From positions 16,971-80,970 of the forward strand of contig CAZUTA010000010.1 in assembly GCA_964622975.1 (NCBI GenBank): 64,000 bases of DNA, given 5' to 3'. Below are positions 25,404 through 35,492 of this stretch, in pieces; positions within the stretch are counted from its first letter, which is position 1, and every line of letters begins with the position of its first letter. This DNA is from an uncultured Bacteriovoracaceae bacterium. GTDB lineage: Bacteria > Bdellovibrionota > UBA2394. The notes under the pieces are model-generated. The model had not been told where the DNA came from. It saw nothing but the letters and a program-made list of their open reading frames with translations, and made no database searches. Position numbers and translations under genes: made by a program.

Positions 25404-25556
25404 CGGCGTTGCAACAAAAGTGGGCACAAAGACCTGAGTGCGTAAGCCACTGAATTCGCCGTTCTATTTGAAGACGGAAAATAAAGTTTACAATTTCTAT
25501 GATGCACCGCCCCAAGAGTGAGTAGACAGACTTGAGCGCATCTTCTATGAAGACAT

Positions 25557-25865
25557 TTGCGTAGAAGGCAAAAAAAGATGCAAAATTCACAACCTCAAAC
25601 TTCTCTCGAAAGCAGTCTGAATGCGGATTCCACCGCACTGACTGCTGACACGCATCGCCTCTACGTTTGGGCGCCTCGATCCGAAGTCGCTTTCATTCAA
25701 GCGATCTTTGATGCTTACGAAGGCGTGGGAAGAATTCGAACTGAGCGCCATGAGAACGATCGATCTCTCCTTCTTGTGCTCGCCTCTCCTTCACAAAAAG
25801 ATTTTGCTCTCGACCTCCTGCGTCAGATCGAAAAAGAAATTACGGGGCAAATCAATTTTGTTTGA
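25557..25865 (+). CDS. small hypothetical protein (possibly DUF4911-like)
   Basis: 102-aa ORF. 'VAFIQAIFDAYEGVGRIRTERHENDRSLLLVLASP' resembles DUF4911, from recollection only. The start may be the Met at 25578. Confidence 0.5.
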   Translation: MRRRQKKMQNSQPQTSLESSLNADSTALTADTHRLYVWAPRSEVAFIQAIFDAYEGVGRIRTERHENDRSLLLVLASPSQKDFALDLLRQIEKEITGQINFV

Positions 25866-25910
25866 CTCCTCTTGTTATCCCTCTGTGTAATAGGATGAGG
25901 GGGGAAAATC

Positions 25911-26258
25911 GTGAATCAAATCACGACATTGGGATCGACAGGGGCGCAACAAATGGTCACTGAGCGTGAGCAGACTCTTAAGGATCTCTTTTCAATTGCA
26001 ACGGCAGTAAGCCATGGCATTGCACCAACAAGTGAAACTCAAGTTCATCAAGTCTTGAGTCAGCTGGTTCGTCAAAAGCTTCTTACCGCTGACGACTCTT
26101 TTAGACTGCAAGATCAGTTAAGAGACATCGATGCTTTTGATCGCACACTAGACTTACGAGTCGAGAGAGCCCTTCAAGACCGAGGCCAAATCACAGCGAA
26201 TGCTATTCAGACCCTTAAGAATCGCATCGCTCAGCTCGAGTCCGCTCAAGCTCGCTGA
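25911..26258 (+). CDS. small coiled-coil protein (phasin/COG3937-like?)
   Basis: 115-aa ORF with a GTG start. The helical pattern is 'LVRQKLLTADDSFRLQDQL...TLKNRIAQLE'. Family assignment is tentative. Confidence 0.45.
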   Translation: MNQITTLGSTGAQQMVTEREQTLKDLFSIATAVSHGIAPTSETQVHQVLSQLVRQKLLTADDSFRLQDQLRDIDAFDRTLDLRVERALQDRGQITANAIQTLKNRIAQLESAQAR

Positions 26259-26284
26259 CGTTTAAGACGTTACCGTCTTTCACT

Positions 26285-26325
26285 AAGCCGCGCTTTCCTC
26301 AGGGAGAGCGCGGCTTTTTAATTTT
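26285..26325 (+). terminator. rho-independent terminator
   Basis: A 10-bp stem AAGCCGCGCT/AGCGCGGCTT is followed by TTTAATTTTT. The T-tract overlaps the panC stop codon on the other strand. Confidence 0.7.
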
Positions 26326-27109
26326 TGTTGAGATTGTCGATCAAGCGCACACCTCGATAGAGGACGGCGACTAGCCACCGCCCTTTGCGATCGACGGGGT
26401 GCGTCAAATCTTTGGACCAAGCTTCCAAATACTGGACTCGAAACTGAGCACGCTTGAGCCCCCTTCTCGCCTCGGTCAGTGTCTGAGAAGTTTTGAGAAT
26501 GCGATAGATCTCTGCAGCAGCTAAGCGACTTTTTGAATCCAAATAGGCATTGCGCGAACTCATGGCAAGACCTGAGCTCTCACGCACAATAGGACAGGGC
26601 ACAACTCGCACTCCCACCCCTAAATCTGAGACCATCGCTTTAATGATCTGAAGCTGCTGATAGTCCTTCTCCCCAAAGAAGGCGCTCGCCGGCTTCACCC
26701 ATCGAAAGAGTTTATAGACAACTGTCACGACTCCATCAAAATGCCCCGGCCTAAACCGCCCACACAAAATCGAACTCAAAGACGGTCGAGCCTTGATGCT
26801 TGTTTCGTGAATATCCGAATAAACTTCCGAGACCGATCGAGGCAAAAAGACAGCGGAGCATCCTGCTGACTTCAGCAACTTTAAATCTGCAGATTCATGC
26901 CTCGGATACTTTTTGAAATCTTCGCTCGGTCCAAACTGGGTGGGATTGACAAAAATACTCGCGACGACAATCGGATGAGCTCTCTTCGCTCGACGCACAA
27001 GTGACAAATGACCTTCATGCAGAGCTCCCATGGTTGGCACAAACCCCACAGACTGAGTCTGCTCCGCTCTCCATTTGATCAGGGCAGAGCGAGTTCTTAA
27101 GATCTTCAT
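26318..27109 (-). CDS. panC: pantoate--beta-alanine ligase
   Basis: 263 aa with 'GFVPTMGALHEGHLSLV' and 'FGEKDYQQ'. Confidence 0.93.
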   Translation of the reverse strand: MKILRTRSALIKWRAEQTQSVGFVPTMGALHEGHLSLVRRAKRAHPIVVASIFVNPTQFGPSEDFKKYPRHESADLKLLKSAGCSAVFLPRSVSEVYSDIHETSIKARPSLSSILCGRFRPGHFDGVVTVVYKLFRWVKPASAFFGEKDYQQLQIIKAMVSDLGVGVRVVPCPIVRESSGLAMSSRNAYLDSKSRLAAAEIYRILKTSQTLTEARRGLKRAQFRVQYLEAWSKDLTHPVDRKGRWLVAVLYRGVRLIDNLNKN

Positions 27110-27861
27110 GAAAACGAATTCTCCGAGGTCGGAAAGGATCCTGAAGCGACATCCTTCACATAGTGGCGAAGCGCCTCCCCCACCACTTGATAACCATTCA
27201 GATATTTTTTTAAAAACTTAGGATTGAAGTCCGGATTGAGTCCCAACAAATCATAGAGCACCAATACTTGCCCCGAACATGCGGCGCCCGCTCCGATCCC
27301 AATGGTTGGAATCGAGAGAGACTTCGTAATCTCTTGTGCTAACTTTGAAGGGACGAGCTCAAGGACAATCATTTGAGCTCCAGCGTGCTCAAGTCTGAGA
27401 GCTTCCTCTTTGAGTCGCGCCGCCTCGCTCTCAGACTTGCCCTGAACTTTAGGGTTCACGATCGACTGAGGGGTAAATCCAATATGCGCGCAAACACGAA
27501 AGTTGTTTTGCGAGAGATGACTGACTTGTTCAAAAACGCCGCCCTCGAGTTTAATCCAATCTGCTCCAGCAGAAGCAAAAGCCCGAGCCGTCTCGAGTGC
27601 TTGAGAAGCGTTTTGATACGTGCCAATCGGAAGATCTCCGATCACCGAAATTTTTGAATTCTTTCCGAGGAGGCGACCGCGTGCGACCGAGCGCGTATGG
27701 TAAAGCATTTGCTCTAAACTCACATGTGTCGTTGTCGAATCACCTGCAATCACCATCCCGGCCGAGTCCCCGACGAGCAAAAAATCTAAGCCTTCGATGT
27801 CCGCACAAATACGAGCAAAGCTCGAATCATAGCAAGTGACCATGGTCAACGGGCGCTTCAT
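27106..27861 (-). CDS. panB: 3-methyl-2-oxobutanoate hydroxymethyltransferase
   Basis: 251 aa with 'MVTCYDSSFA', 'LVGDSAGMV', 'IKLEGG' and 'HIGFTPQS'. 4-nt overlaps with folC and panC. Confidence 0.93.
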   Translation of the reverse strand: MKRPLTMVTCYDSSFARICADIEGLDFLLVGDSAGMVIAGDSTTTHVSLEQMLYHTRSVARGRLLGKNSKISVIGDLPIGTYQNASQALETARAFASAGADWIKLEGGVFEQVSHLSQNNFRVCAHIGFTPQSIVNPKVQGKSESEAARLKEEALRLEHAGAQMIVLELVPSKLAQEITKSLSIPTIGIGAGAACSGQVLVLYDLLGLNPDFNPKFLKKYLNGYQVVGEALRHYVKDVASGSFPTSENSFS

Positions 27862-29147
27862 TGACGTTGATCTTTCAACTTTTCGCCTCGATTCTCAAGC
27901 GCCTTCAAGACCGACCCAGCCAAGTAAAAAGAACCCGCTACGAGGCAGTCTTTGACGGGTTTGTGGCCTCGGGGCCAAAGAATCTTAAGGGCTAAAGCGA
28001 CCGAATTGACCGCACGGAGGTCTTTAATGCCCGCGGCTCTCCAATGGTTGAGATTGGTCTGAGGATCCATTTGGCGCTCGAGATAAAAATGAGGGGCAAT
28101 CACCTCTCGGACAAAAGGCCTTAACGCCGAGATCACAGCCGAGATTTCTTTGTCTCGCATTGATCCAAAGATGAGACTGAATTTTTTGCCTTTAAATTTT
28201 TGCCTCAAATATTTGGAAAGAGTTTTGGCTGAGTTTTCGTTGTGGGCCCCATCCAAAAAAAATACGGGCTTTTGATGCACCCACTGAAGTCGTGCAGGCC
28301 ACAAATTGCGGGCACAAAAAACGCGTTTTATTTTGTGAGACGAAAGCTTTGGACCTCTAAGATTCAATAAATCGAGCGCATGCAAACAGAGTCGCGCATT
28401 CAACGACTGTTCTAGCCCAAGACTTCGGCGTACCGACTTTAATATATTTTCCTCTGTGCGGTTGCGATCTCCCACTTTGATAAACCGAGTCATCGAAGTC
28501 TTTGTCTTCAGCGCCGACTCTTTGAGAGCCTTTTTGGCCTCCGGCACTTGAGGAAGAATCACCACGGGCCTTTTGAGTCGCATGATTCCCGCTTTCTCAG
28601 CTGCGATCTCCGTCAGACTATTCCCAAGAACTTCTTGGTGATCATAGCCAATGGTGGTAATCAAACTCAAATCTGGCTCCGAAATATTGGTGGCGTCAAG
28701 GCGGCCGCCCATTCCCACCTCCAATAATTGAATGTCGACTTTTTGATCTCTAAAAATCAAAAAAGCGAGCATCGTCCAGCGCTCAAAAAAGGTGAGATCC
28801 TGAAGATCTTTGCGATACTTCGACTCATACCGCCTAAGAAGTGTGCGCGAAATCGGTCGGCCTTGAATTCGGATTCTCTCTTCGGGATGCACAATATGCG
28901 GCGACGAAAACGTTCCGACCTTTAGGCCCTTTTGGATCAAAAGCGCGGTCAAAAATGCGCAGATGCTCCCCTTACCATTTGTCCCAGCCACCAAAACGCA
29001 CGTACGCCCTCGCTCAGGATTGTTGAGCTCCGCAGCGACGCGGCGAATATTCTCAAGCTTATAAGTATCACGACTCGGAATCTCAAAGACCTTGGGATCA
29101 GGTCGTGTGTTTTTCATGTGAATCAGGATGTTTCTTTGGGAGTCCAA
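27858..29147 (-). CDS. folC: bifunctional folylpolyglutamate synthase/dihydrofolate synthase
   Basis: 429 aa with 'VAGTNGKGS' P-loop and Mur-ligase-like organisation. The listed start is TTG at 29147. An ATG at 29117 is an alternative. Confidence 0.88.
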   Translation of the reverse strand: MDSQRNILIHMKNTRPDPKVFEIPSRDTYKLENIRRVAAELNNPERGRTCVLVAGTNGKGSICAFLTALLIQKGLKVGTFSSPHIVHPEERIRIQGRPISRTLLRRYESKYRKDLQDLTFFERWTMLAFLIFRDQKVDIQLLEVGMGGRLDATNISEPDLSLITTIGYDHQEVLGNSLTEIAAEKAGIMRLKRPVVILPQVPEAKKALKESALKTKTSMTRFIKVGDRNRTEENILKSVRRSLGLEQSLNARLCLHALDLLNLRGPKLSSHKIKRVFCARNLWPARLQWVHQKPVFFLDGAHNENSAKTLSKYLRQKFKGKKFSLIFGSMRDKEISAVISALRPFVREVIAPHFYLERQMDPQTNLNHWRAAGIKDLRAVNSVALALKILWPRGHKPVKDCLVAGSFYLAGSVLKALENRGEKLKDQRQ

Positions 29148-29995
29148 TACAAGAGCTTAAAGATACGAGAGATTGTCTTTTTTTGATCCTTGCGAGCGAC
29201 CACTTGATCAACCATGCCATGATCAAACAAAAATGCGGCGCGCTGAAATCCCTCAGGAAGTTTTTGACGAATCGTTTGCTCGATCACTCTCGGTCCTGCA
29301 AATCCGATCAGGGCTTGAGGCTCTGCAATCGCCACATCTCCGAGACTCGCAAAACTCGCCGCCACTCCTCCCGTTGTTGGGTGAGCGAGCAGCGAAACAA
29401 AAGGAATGCCCTCCATTTTCATTCGCTTGAGAGCGGCACAGGTTTTAACCATCTGCATGAGCGAAAAAATTCCTTCTTGCATTCGGGCCCCCCCGGAGGC
29501 CGAAACCACAATCGCCGGGATCTTTTTTTCGAGCGCATGCTCAAAGCAGCGAGTAACCTTTTCACCGACGACTGAGCCCATACTTCCGGCCATAAATTCA
29601 AAAACAAAAACAGCGATGCTCACAGGCTTTCCGTCGCAGAGTCCTTCGCCCCAAATCGCGGCATCGTGTTCGCCAGACTTTTTTTGGGCCGATCGATAGC
29701 GATCTTTGTAAGCGCTCAAATCCGTCCAATGCAGGGGATCGGTCGCCTGAAGGTTGATATCCATTTCCTTAAAGCTTCCTGCATCGCAAAGCAGATCAAT
29801 TCGATCCCGTGCAGGCATCGTAAAGTGATAATCACATTTGGGGCAGACATAGCGCGAACGCTCGATCTCCACTCGGTAAAGAATAGCGCCGCAATCCACG
29901 CATTTGGTCCAAAGGTTCTCTGGAGCCTTGGATTCGGTTGCCGGTGTCGGCTTCGTTTGAATCCCCGGGGCCTTGAGATCATTGATCCAACTCAT
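29123..29995 (-). CDS. accD: acetyl-CoA carboxylase carboxyltransferase subunit beta
   Basis: 290 aa with Zn-ribbon 'CVDCGAILY...CPKCDYH' and 'GGARMQEG'. Confidence 0.93.
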   Translation of the reverse strand: MSWINDLKAPGIQTKPTPATESKAPENLWTKCVDCGAILYRVEIERSRYVCPKCDYHFTMPARDRIDLLCDAGSFKEMDINLQATDPLHWTDLSAYKDRYRSAQKKSGEHDAAIWGEGLCDGKPVSIAVFVFEFMAGSMGSVVGEKVTRCFEHALEKKIPAIVVSASGGARMQEGIFSLMQMVKTCAALKRMKMEGIPFVSLLAHPTTGGVAASFASLGDVAIAEPQALIGFAGPRVIEQTIRQKLPEGFQRAAFLFDHGMVDQVVARKDQKKTISRIFKLLYWTPKETS

Positions 29996-30159
29996 TGCAA
30001 GTAGTTGAAATCCGTAACCCCACAGATGTCAATTCCTGTCTCTTAAGCCAGTCGCCCAGACGTCCAAATTTACTGGAAAATTGAGAAGTTATCGAAAGCG
30101 CTAGATCCTCACTTATAATAGTGAATCCAGTTCACCAAAGTCATTGGAGGGGGTTCACA

Positions 30160-31110
30160 ATGCTCGGACTATCACATCTGATTTCTGCTGTTTCGCAGAG
30201 TCTTATTTTCGCTGCTGTATCATCGACCACGGGAGGGGGAGATCCTGATCTGGGAACAGATCCCGTCAACTGTGAGGAGGATACGACTTATTACGAAAAC
30301 CTCATGATGAGTTTTGGAGAAAAACTGGAACCCGGCACAAAAATTAAATGCGCCGAGGTCAAAGTGAAGGACAATTATTGCGATGGTCGCGGCACGAAGC
30401 CCATCAAGAAAGAAACCGCTTACTGCATCCTATGGGGCGAAATCAGTTTGTTTCAGTCCGAAATTCCGCAACCAGATCCTAACAATCCAGACAACCCCGT
30501 CAATCCCTGCTCAACAGATCCCGAATATCCCGTCGATCCAAAATGGCAAGAGATGTGCCGCATGCATGCGATCTCTGTGGTCTGTCGAGATTGGAAGTAC
30601 CCCCCAGGGTTAAAGCCTGGACAGATTGAATGTAAATGCCCACCAAATATGAAAGTGGAGCCCGAAGGCAAATCAGCAGACCGCAACTGGCAGCGAATCA
30701 AGGCCTGTGCTGATTCTGTATGGGGAGAGTTTCAGGGCAAAACAAACGCAGAGAAAGAAGCCTACTGCAAAGGAAACTATCATTTTTATCATTACAAGCC
30801 AGGGACACCTCTTCCAGCAAATGAAAATGACTATATGACCCCAGAGATCCTCGAGTGCTTGCGCCGCAAAGAGAGAGAAAGGCAATTACAGAATCCTCCC
30901 CAGGGGCCTCAAAGAATTTTTCCGATTCGTAAAATGCCAAAATCATCGTGTGAAGAAATTGAGATTTTGTTTCCGCCTGTTGGCGAGTGTTTTGAAGATC
31001 GGCGATACACTCGGCCCAAAGCCGAGGTTCTAAAGATCTCGATTGATTCGGGGACATTCGAATCTGCTGACGAGATCTTTGAATCAATAGATCTGATGAA
31101 CTACGAGTAG
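30160..31110 (+). CDS. secreted cysteine-rich protein (orphan)
   Basis: ORF 30121..31110. The Met at 30160 has a strong GGAGGGGG RBS 6 nt upstream, and TATAAT lies at 30114-30119. The signal-like segment is 'LISAVSQSLIFAAVSS' and the sequence has 14 Cys. Confidence 0.55.
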   Translation: MLGLSHLISAVSQSLIFAAVSSTTGGGDPDLGTDPVNCEEDTTYYENLMMSFGEKLEPGTKIKCAEVKVKDNYCDGRGTKPIKKETAYCILWGEISLFQSEIPQPDPNNPDNPVNPCSTDPEYPVDPKWQEMCRMHAISVVCRDWKYPPGLKPGQIECKCPPNMKVEPEGKSADRNWQRIKACADSVWGEFQGKTNAEKEAYCKGNYHFYHYKPGTPLPANENDYMTPEILECLRRKERERQLQNPPQGPQRIFPIRKMPKSSCEEIEILFPPVGECFEDRRYTRPKAEVLKISIDSGTFESADEIFESIDLMNYE

Positions 31111-31115
31111 AGCTC

Positions 31116-31580
31116 TCAAGGTGCGGTGTTGCTGAGGAGAGCTTGCGAATCATCTGTCACCGCTTGAGATCCGGGAGCACATTGGGGCACCGGACTTAAG
31201 ACTTTGGCCTCAGAGTGACCAGGTGCTGAATCAGGGCAAGGACCATATTCTGCTCCCGTCAAACAGACGACGCCGACGATGGCTCCTATTCCAAGAAGTA
31301 CCCCTCCCGCAATGACCGGACCGACTTCGTCGCCTTCAAACTTTTGTCCACCAATCGTCAGTTGCGACCCTGATTCCTTTTTGCCCTCTACCGTCGAAGG
31401 TTCACTGGAGCCCCCTTCATTCTGATCAGCGCTATTGCCGGCAATTTCTGGTGCAGAAATCTGAGGGATGTTTTGGATGGATCGAGCGGATTGCTCGGGC
31501 GACTCTGTTCGATTTCCTAAAGAACAGGCCTGTAACAAACTCAAAAAAATAATAAACGCACTGTGTTTATACATACGCAA
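31116..31580 (-). CDS. putative lipoprotein with an internal TM segment (orphan)
   Basis: 154 aa with 'IIFLSLLQACSLG' lipobox and the hydrophobic segment 'VIAGGVLLGIGAIVGVVCL'. Confidence 0.5.
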   Translation of the reverse strand: MRMYKHSAFIIFLSLLQACSLGNRTESPEQSARSIQNIPQISAPEIAGNSADQNEGGSSEPSTVEGKKESGSQLTIGGQKFEGDEVGPVIAGGVLLGIGAIVGVVCLTGAEYGPCPDSAPGHSEAKVLSPVPQCAPGSQAVTDDSQALLSNTAP

Positions 31581-31601
31581 CCTCTCGCACTGACCTAAGA
31601 A

Positions 31602-31617
31602 AGCAAGAAGCGTACCG
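31602..31617 (-). promoter_or_regulatory. candidate sigma-54 promoter (CGGTAC-GCTTC-TTGCT)
   Basis: The minus strand reads GTCGGTACGCTTCTTGCTTTC with correct GG/GC spacing. The -24 element has two mismatches. The site is about 22 nt upstream of the ATG at 31580. Confidence 0.4.
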
Positions 31618-31663
31618 ACTCAAAGATTCTCAAATCTGCGCAATCCAGGCGCACTCGAGGCCT

Positions 31664-32272
31664 TCACTGATTGCGACGGGGGCGATAAGTCCCCAGGAGT
31701 CCTGCGGCCGCCATGAGCGCCATGGCTCCCGGTTCAGGAATCGTGGATGATTCCCATCCGTGAGCGTATTGATTCAATCGAAACGAATAAGGATCAATCA
31801 AAATCCACGCTCGATGAGTCACGGTGATCTTGAACGGAAACTGACTCCAATTAATTTCGGTAAATTGATAGAGATTGGGCGTATGAGGAGTGGGATCGTA
31901 GATGGTCTGAGTCCCAAAGTTTATACCGATAGGCATTTCGGCGGGGGCATCGATTGTGACGGAATTCCAATGCCCTGAAGTACTTACCCAAATGGGCCCC
32001 CCATTCTGCAACAAAAACTGATCCGCTCTAAACTCCTTCGGATCATACACGGCCAGCGGCCCCTCAAAAAAAACCAAATCTTCGTAGCGAGTGTGCGCCA
32101 AATCCACAAGATCCATGAGTGACGACGCAGGCCGAGTGCTGGTCACCAAATAGCTTGCCTGCGTATAAGGCCAAGAATCTTGGATCTTATGAGACTCAAA
32201 ATTGATTGCTCCGCTGGCTGTCGCCGCCGCGGCACTGATTGCCAAAAGACTTGAAACACAAAACCCCATCAC
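31664..32272 (-). CDS. PEP-CTERM sorting-domain protein
   Basis: 202 aa with an N-terminal signal peptide. The C-terminus 'IPEPGAMALMAAAGLLGTYRPRRNQ' has PEP, a hydrophobic helix and a basic cluster. Confidence 0.7.
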   Translation of the reverse strand: MMGFCVSSLLAISAAAATASGAINFESHKIQDSWPYTQASYLVTSTRPASSLMDLVDLAHTRYEDLVFFEGPLAVYDPKEFRADQFLLQNGGPIWVSTSGHWNSVTIDAPAEMPIGINFGTQTIYDPTPHTPNLYQFTEINWSQFPFKITVTHRAWILIDPYSFRLNQYAHGWESSTIPEPGAMALMAAAGLLGTYRPRRNQ

Positions 32273-32395
32273 CCTTATTCCCCCTAGACAGCGTCAGATA
32301 AGCAGCATCCACGCCCGCTTGGCAAGCATTAGCCCCTGTTAGGCCCTATAATCCTTTTGCACCTGGGGCGGAGCGAGATTAAGGTGTCCCGGACT

Positions 32396-34072
32396 ATGTC
32401 TGAAAAGATCATTTTTACTCTCAAAAAGATTAACAAAATCGTCCCCCCCAAACGCCATATCCTTAAGGATATCTACCTTTCGTTTTACTACGGAGCGAAG
32501 ATCGGCGTGCTCGGACTCAATGGTGCAGGAAAATCGACCCTGCTCAAGATCATCGCGGGTCTGGACAAAGATTTTGATGGAGACGTTTTAAAGAGTGATG
32601 GCTTCTCGGTAGGAATCCTTTTGCAAGAGCCCCCTCTCGATGAAACCAAAACCGTCGGCGAAAACGTGGCTCTCGGACTTAAGGAAATCGGAGCTCTTTT
32701 GCAGGAATTCCAGGCGATCAACGCCAAATTTGCCGAAGAGATGAGCCCCGAAGACATGGAAAAGCTCATTGCCCGACAAGCAAGCGTCCAAGAGAAGATT
32801 GATGCCGTCAATGGCTGGGAAATGGAGCGAATGCTCGAGGTCGCAAGCCAAGCACTGCGCCTGCCCCCGCTTGATTCAAAGGTCACCACTCTCTCGGGAG
32901 GAGAACGCCGTCGCGTTGCTCTTTGTCGACTCCTTCTCGAAGCTCCCGATATTTTGCTGCTCGATGAACCCACCAACCACTTGGATGCGGAGAGCGTGGC
33001 ATGGCTTGAGCGCTATTTGCAGGAGTACAAGGGCACCGTGATTGCCGTCACTCACGATCGATACTTTTTGGATCACGTCGCTGGATGGATTTTGGAACTC
33101 GATCGAGGCGAGGGAATTCCGTTTAAAGGAAATTATTCGTCATGGCTGAAGCAGAAAGAAGAGCGCTTACGACAAGAGAAAAAAGAAGAGCAAGATCGAG
33201 CTAAAACACTCGAGCGAGAACTCGAGTGGATCAATCAAACTCCCGCCGCTCGACGCGCAAAATCCAAAAGCCGTATCGCGGCCTACGAAAAAATGGTGGC
33301 CGAAGGGGGCAATGATCAAATCGATGATCTCGAGATTTATATTCCACCCGGCCCTCGATTGGGCAGCACCGTCGTGGATTTCAAGGACGTCTCCATGGCT
33401 TATGGCGACAAACTCCTTTATGACAATTTGACGTTTAGTCTGCCACGAGGGGGCATTGTCGGCGTGATCGGCCCGAATGGAGCCGGTAAAACCACACTCT
33501 TTAGACTCATCGTCGGCGAAGAAAAGCCCCGATCAGGTTCTATTGTTGTGGGTGAAACCGTCAAATTCATCTACGGGGATCAAACCCGAAAGGACCTGGA
33601 TCCCAACAAGACGGTCTATGACGAAATCTCAGGCGGAGATGACATCATCACTCTTGGAAAAAAAGAAGTGAACGCTCGCGCCTATGTTGCACGATTTAAT
33701 TTTTCGGGAGGCGATCAGCAAAAGAAAGTGGGACAGCTTTCAGGGGGAGAGCGCAATCGCGTTCAGCTTGCAAAGATGCTTCGCTCCGGTGGAAACCTTC
33801 TGCTCCTTGACGAACCTTCCAACGATTTGGATGTGAATACGCTTCGAGCTCTTGAAGAAGCCATGAACTCCTTTGCCGGTTGCGCCGTTGTGATCAGTCA
33901 CGACCGATGGTTTTTGGATCGAATTGCCACGTCGATACTGGCTTTTGAGGGAGACTCCAAAGTCGTGTATTTCGAGGGAAATTACTCAGACTACGAAGAG
34001 GATCGCAAAAAGCGTCTGGGCAAAGATGTGACGCCGAAGCCGATCAAATACAAACCCCTTAAAGTGGCTTGA
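32396..34072 (+). CDS. ettA: energy-dependent translational throttle protein EttA (ABC-F)
   Basis: ORF 32357..34072. The Met at 32396 gives '[50 protein letters not shown]'. There are two ABC cassettes. Confidence 0.93.
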   Translation: MSEKIIFTLKKINKIVPPKRHILKDIYLSFYYGAKIGVLGLNGAGKSTLLKIIAGLDKDFDGDVLKSDGFSVGILLQEPPLDETKTVGENVALGLKEIGALLQEFQAINAKFAEEMSPEDMEKLIARQASVQEKIDAVNGWEMERMLEVASQALRLPPLDSKVTTLSGGERRRVALCRLLLEAPDILLLDEPTNHLDAESVAWLERYLQEYKGTVIAVTHDRYFLDHVAGWILELDRGEGIPFKGNYSSWLKQKEERLRQEKKEEQDRAKTLERELEWINQTPAARRAKSKSRIAAYEKMVAEGGNDQIDDLEIYIPPGPRLGSTVVDFKDVSMAYGDKLLYDNLTFSLPRGGIVGVIGPNGAGKTTLFRLIVGEEKPRSGSIVVGETVKFIYGDQTRKDLDPNKTVYDEISGGDDIITLGKKEVNARAYVARFNFSGGDQQKKVGQLSGGERNRVQLAKMLRSGGNLLLLDEPSNDLDVNTLRALEEAMNSFAGCAVVISHDRWFLDRIATSILAFEGDSKVVYFEGNYSDYEEDRKKRLGKDVTPKPIKYKPLKVA

Positions 34073-34083
34073 TTTGGGAGCCC

Positions 34084-35448
34084 ATGAAAGTCACTCAAGA
34101 GGATATCGTCAGATACTCTAGTCCCGGCCCTCGGTACACGAGCTATCCCACTTATCCCAACTGGTCCGAGAAGATTCGGGTGGCAGACTATGAATGGCGC
34201 CTGACACATGGAAAAGTGAGTGAGAGTCTCTCGCTTTATACTCACCTCCCCTTTTGTGAAAAGCTCTGCCACTTCTGCGCCTGCAATCGAGTCATTGATC
34301 CGCAAAGAAAGTTCGAAGACACTTATCTCGAAGCTCTTCACTACGAAATCGAAGTAGTCGCCTCAAGATTAGGAACTCGTCGTCGCGTCGGTCAGTTTCA
34401 CTGGGGCGGGGGTACACCCACCTTTTTGCCCGTCGGCAAACTTCAAAGTCTCTTTGCTCAATTTAAAAAATATTTTGATCTCAATGCAGACGCCGAAGTG
34501 AGTATTGAAGTTCATCCCAATGTGACTTCGCATGAGCATCTTCAGGCGCTGAAGGAAATGGGATTCAATCGCATCTCATTTGGAGTTCAGGATTTTGACC
34601 CTCTGGTTCAGGACAAAATCAATCGCTTTCAAACGTACGAAAAGACAGCCGATCTGGCCCAAGAAGCGCGCCGCTTGGGATTTTCGAGCTTGAACCTCGA
34701 CCTCGTCTACGGACTGCCTAAACAAACTCGAGAAACTGTTGCAGACACCATCAAAAAAGTGATCGGACTCAAACCCGATCGCATTGCGCTCTATTCTTTT
34801 GCCAAAGTGCCCTGGAAGGAGCCCTTTCAGCGACGGTTTAAAGACGAAGAGCTCCCCGAAGGTCTCGATAAAGTGAACCTCTATTTGGATGCTCGAGTAG
34901 CGCTTGAAGACGCCGGCTATGAAGCGATCGGAATGGATCACTTTGCTCTCCCCCATGATGAACTCGCCGTTGCCCATCGAGCCCAAAGCCTCCATCGCAA
35001 TTTTATGGGTTATACGACAAAGCCTGACTTGGATTTAGTGGGGTTTGGAGTCTCTGCCATTTCGGATTTTGCAGGCTTGTATGCGCAAAACGATAAAATC
35101 CTGAGCCGCTATGTCGATAAGGTTTCTTCTAAGGGACTCGCAACTTCTGTGGGATTTGAGCTTTCGGACGATGATTTGTTGAGACGAGAACTCATCCACA
35201 AGCTCATGTGCCAGTATCATTTGGATCTCGGGTATTTTGAATCCAAATACAAAATCGATTTCGCTCACCATTTTGCAACTGAGCTGAATGAACTGAAGAT
35301 TTTAGAGGGAGATGGCCTCCTCACTCTCAGCGACTCCAAGATCCAAGTCATTGATCGCGGCCAAATCCTGGTGAGAAATATCGCAATGATATTCGATAAA
35401 TACCTTCCTAAGGAATCTTCGGGCCGAAGATTCTCAAACACGATTTAA
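34084..35448 (+). CDS. hemN: oxygen-independent coproporphyrinogen III oxidase (radical SAM)
   Basis: ORF 34069..35448 with 'YTHLPFCEKLCHFCACN' (CxxxCxxC) and 'HWGGGTPTFL'. The first ATG is at 34084. Confidence 0.9.
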   Translation: MKVTQEDIVRYSSPGPRYTSYPTYPNWSEKIRVADYEWRLTHGKVSESLSLYTHLPFCEKLCHFCACNRVIDPQRKFEDTYLEALHYEIEVVASRLGTRRRVGQFHWGGGTPTFLPVGKLQSLFAQFKKYFDLNADAEVSIEVHPNVTSHEHLQALKEMGFNRISFGVQDFDPLVQDKINRFQTYEKTADLAQEARRLGFSSLNLDLVYGLPKQTRETVADTIKKVIGLKPDRIALYSFAKVPWKEPFQRRFKDEELPEGLDKVNLYLDARVALEDAGYEAIGMDHFALPHDELAVAHRAQSLHRNFMGYTTKPDLDLVGFGVSAISDFAGLYAQNDKILSRYVDKVSSKGLATSVGFELSDDDLLRRELIHKLMCQYHLDLGYFESKYKIDFAHHFATELNELKILEGDGLLTLSDSKIQVIDRGQILVRNIAMIFDKYLPKESSGRRFSNTI

Positions 35449-35492
35449 GGCATGGAGATTGCAGCGACCTTTACGAGGGCAAGGAATTAGCG

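Noticed and set aside
32273-32395. GGGGCT-N5-TTGCC upstream of the PEP-CTERM gene considered as a fifth sigma-54 promoter, and TATAAT at 32347 considered as the ettA -10.
   Set aside because: The -24 element matches only the GG dinucleotide. The TATAAT has no -35 at a usable spacing. Both are too weak to report as features.
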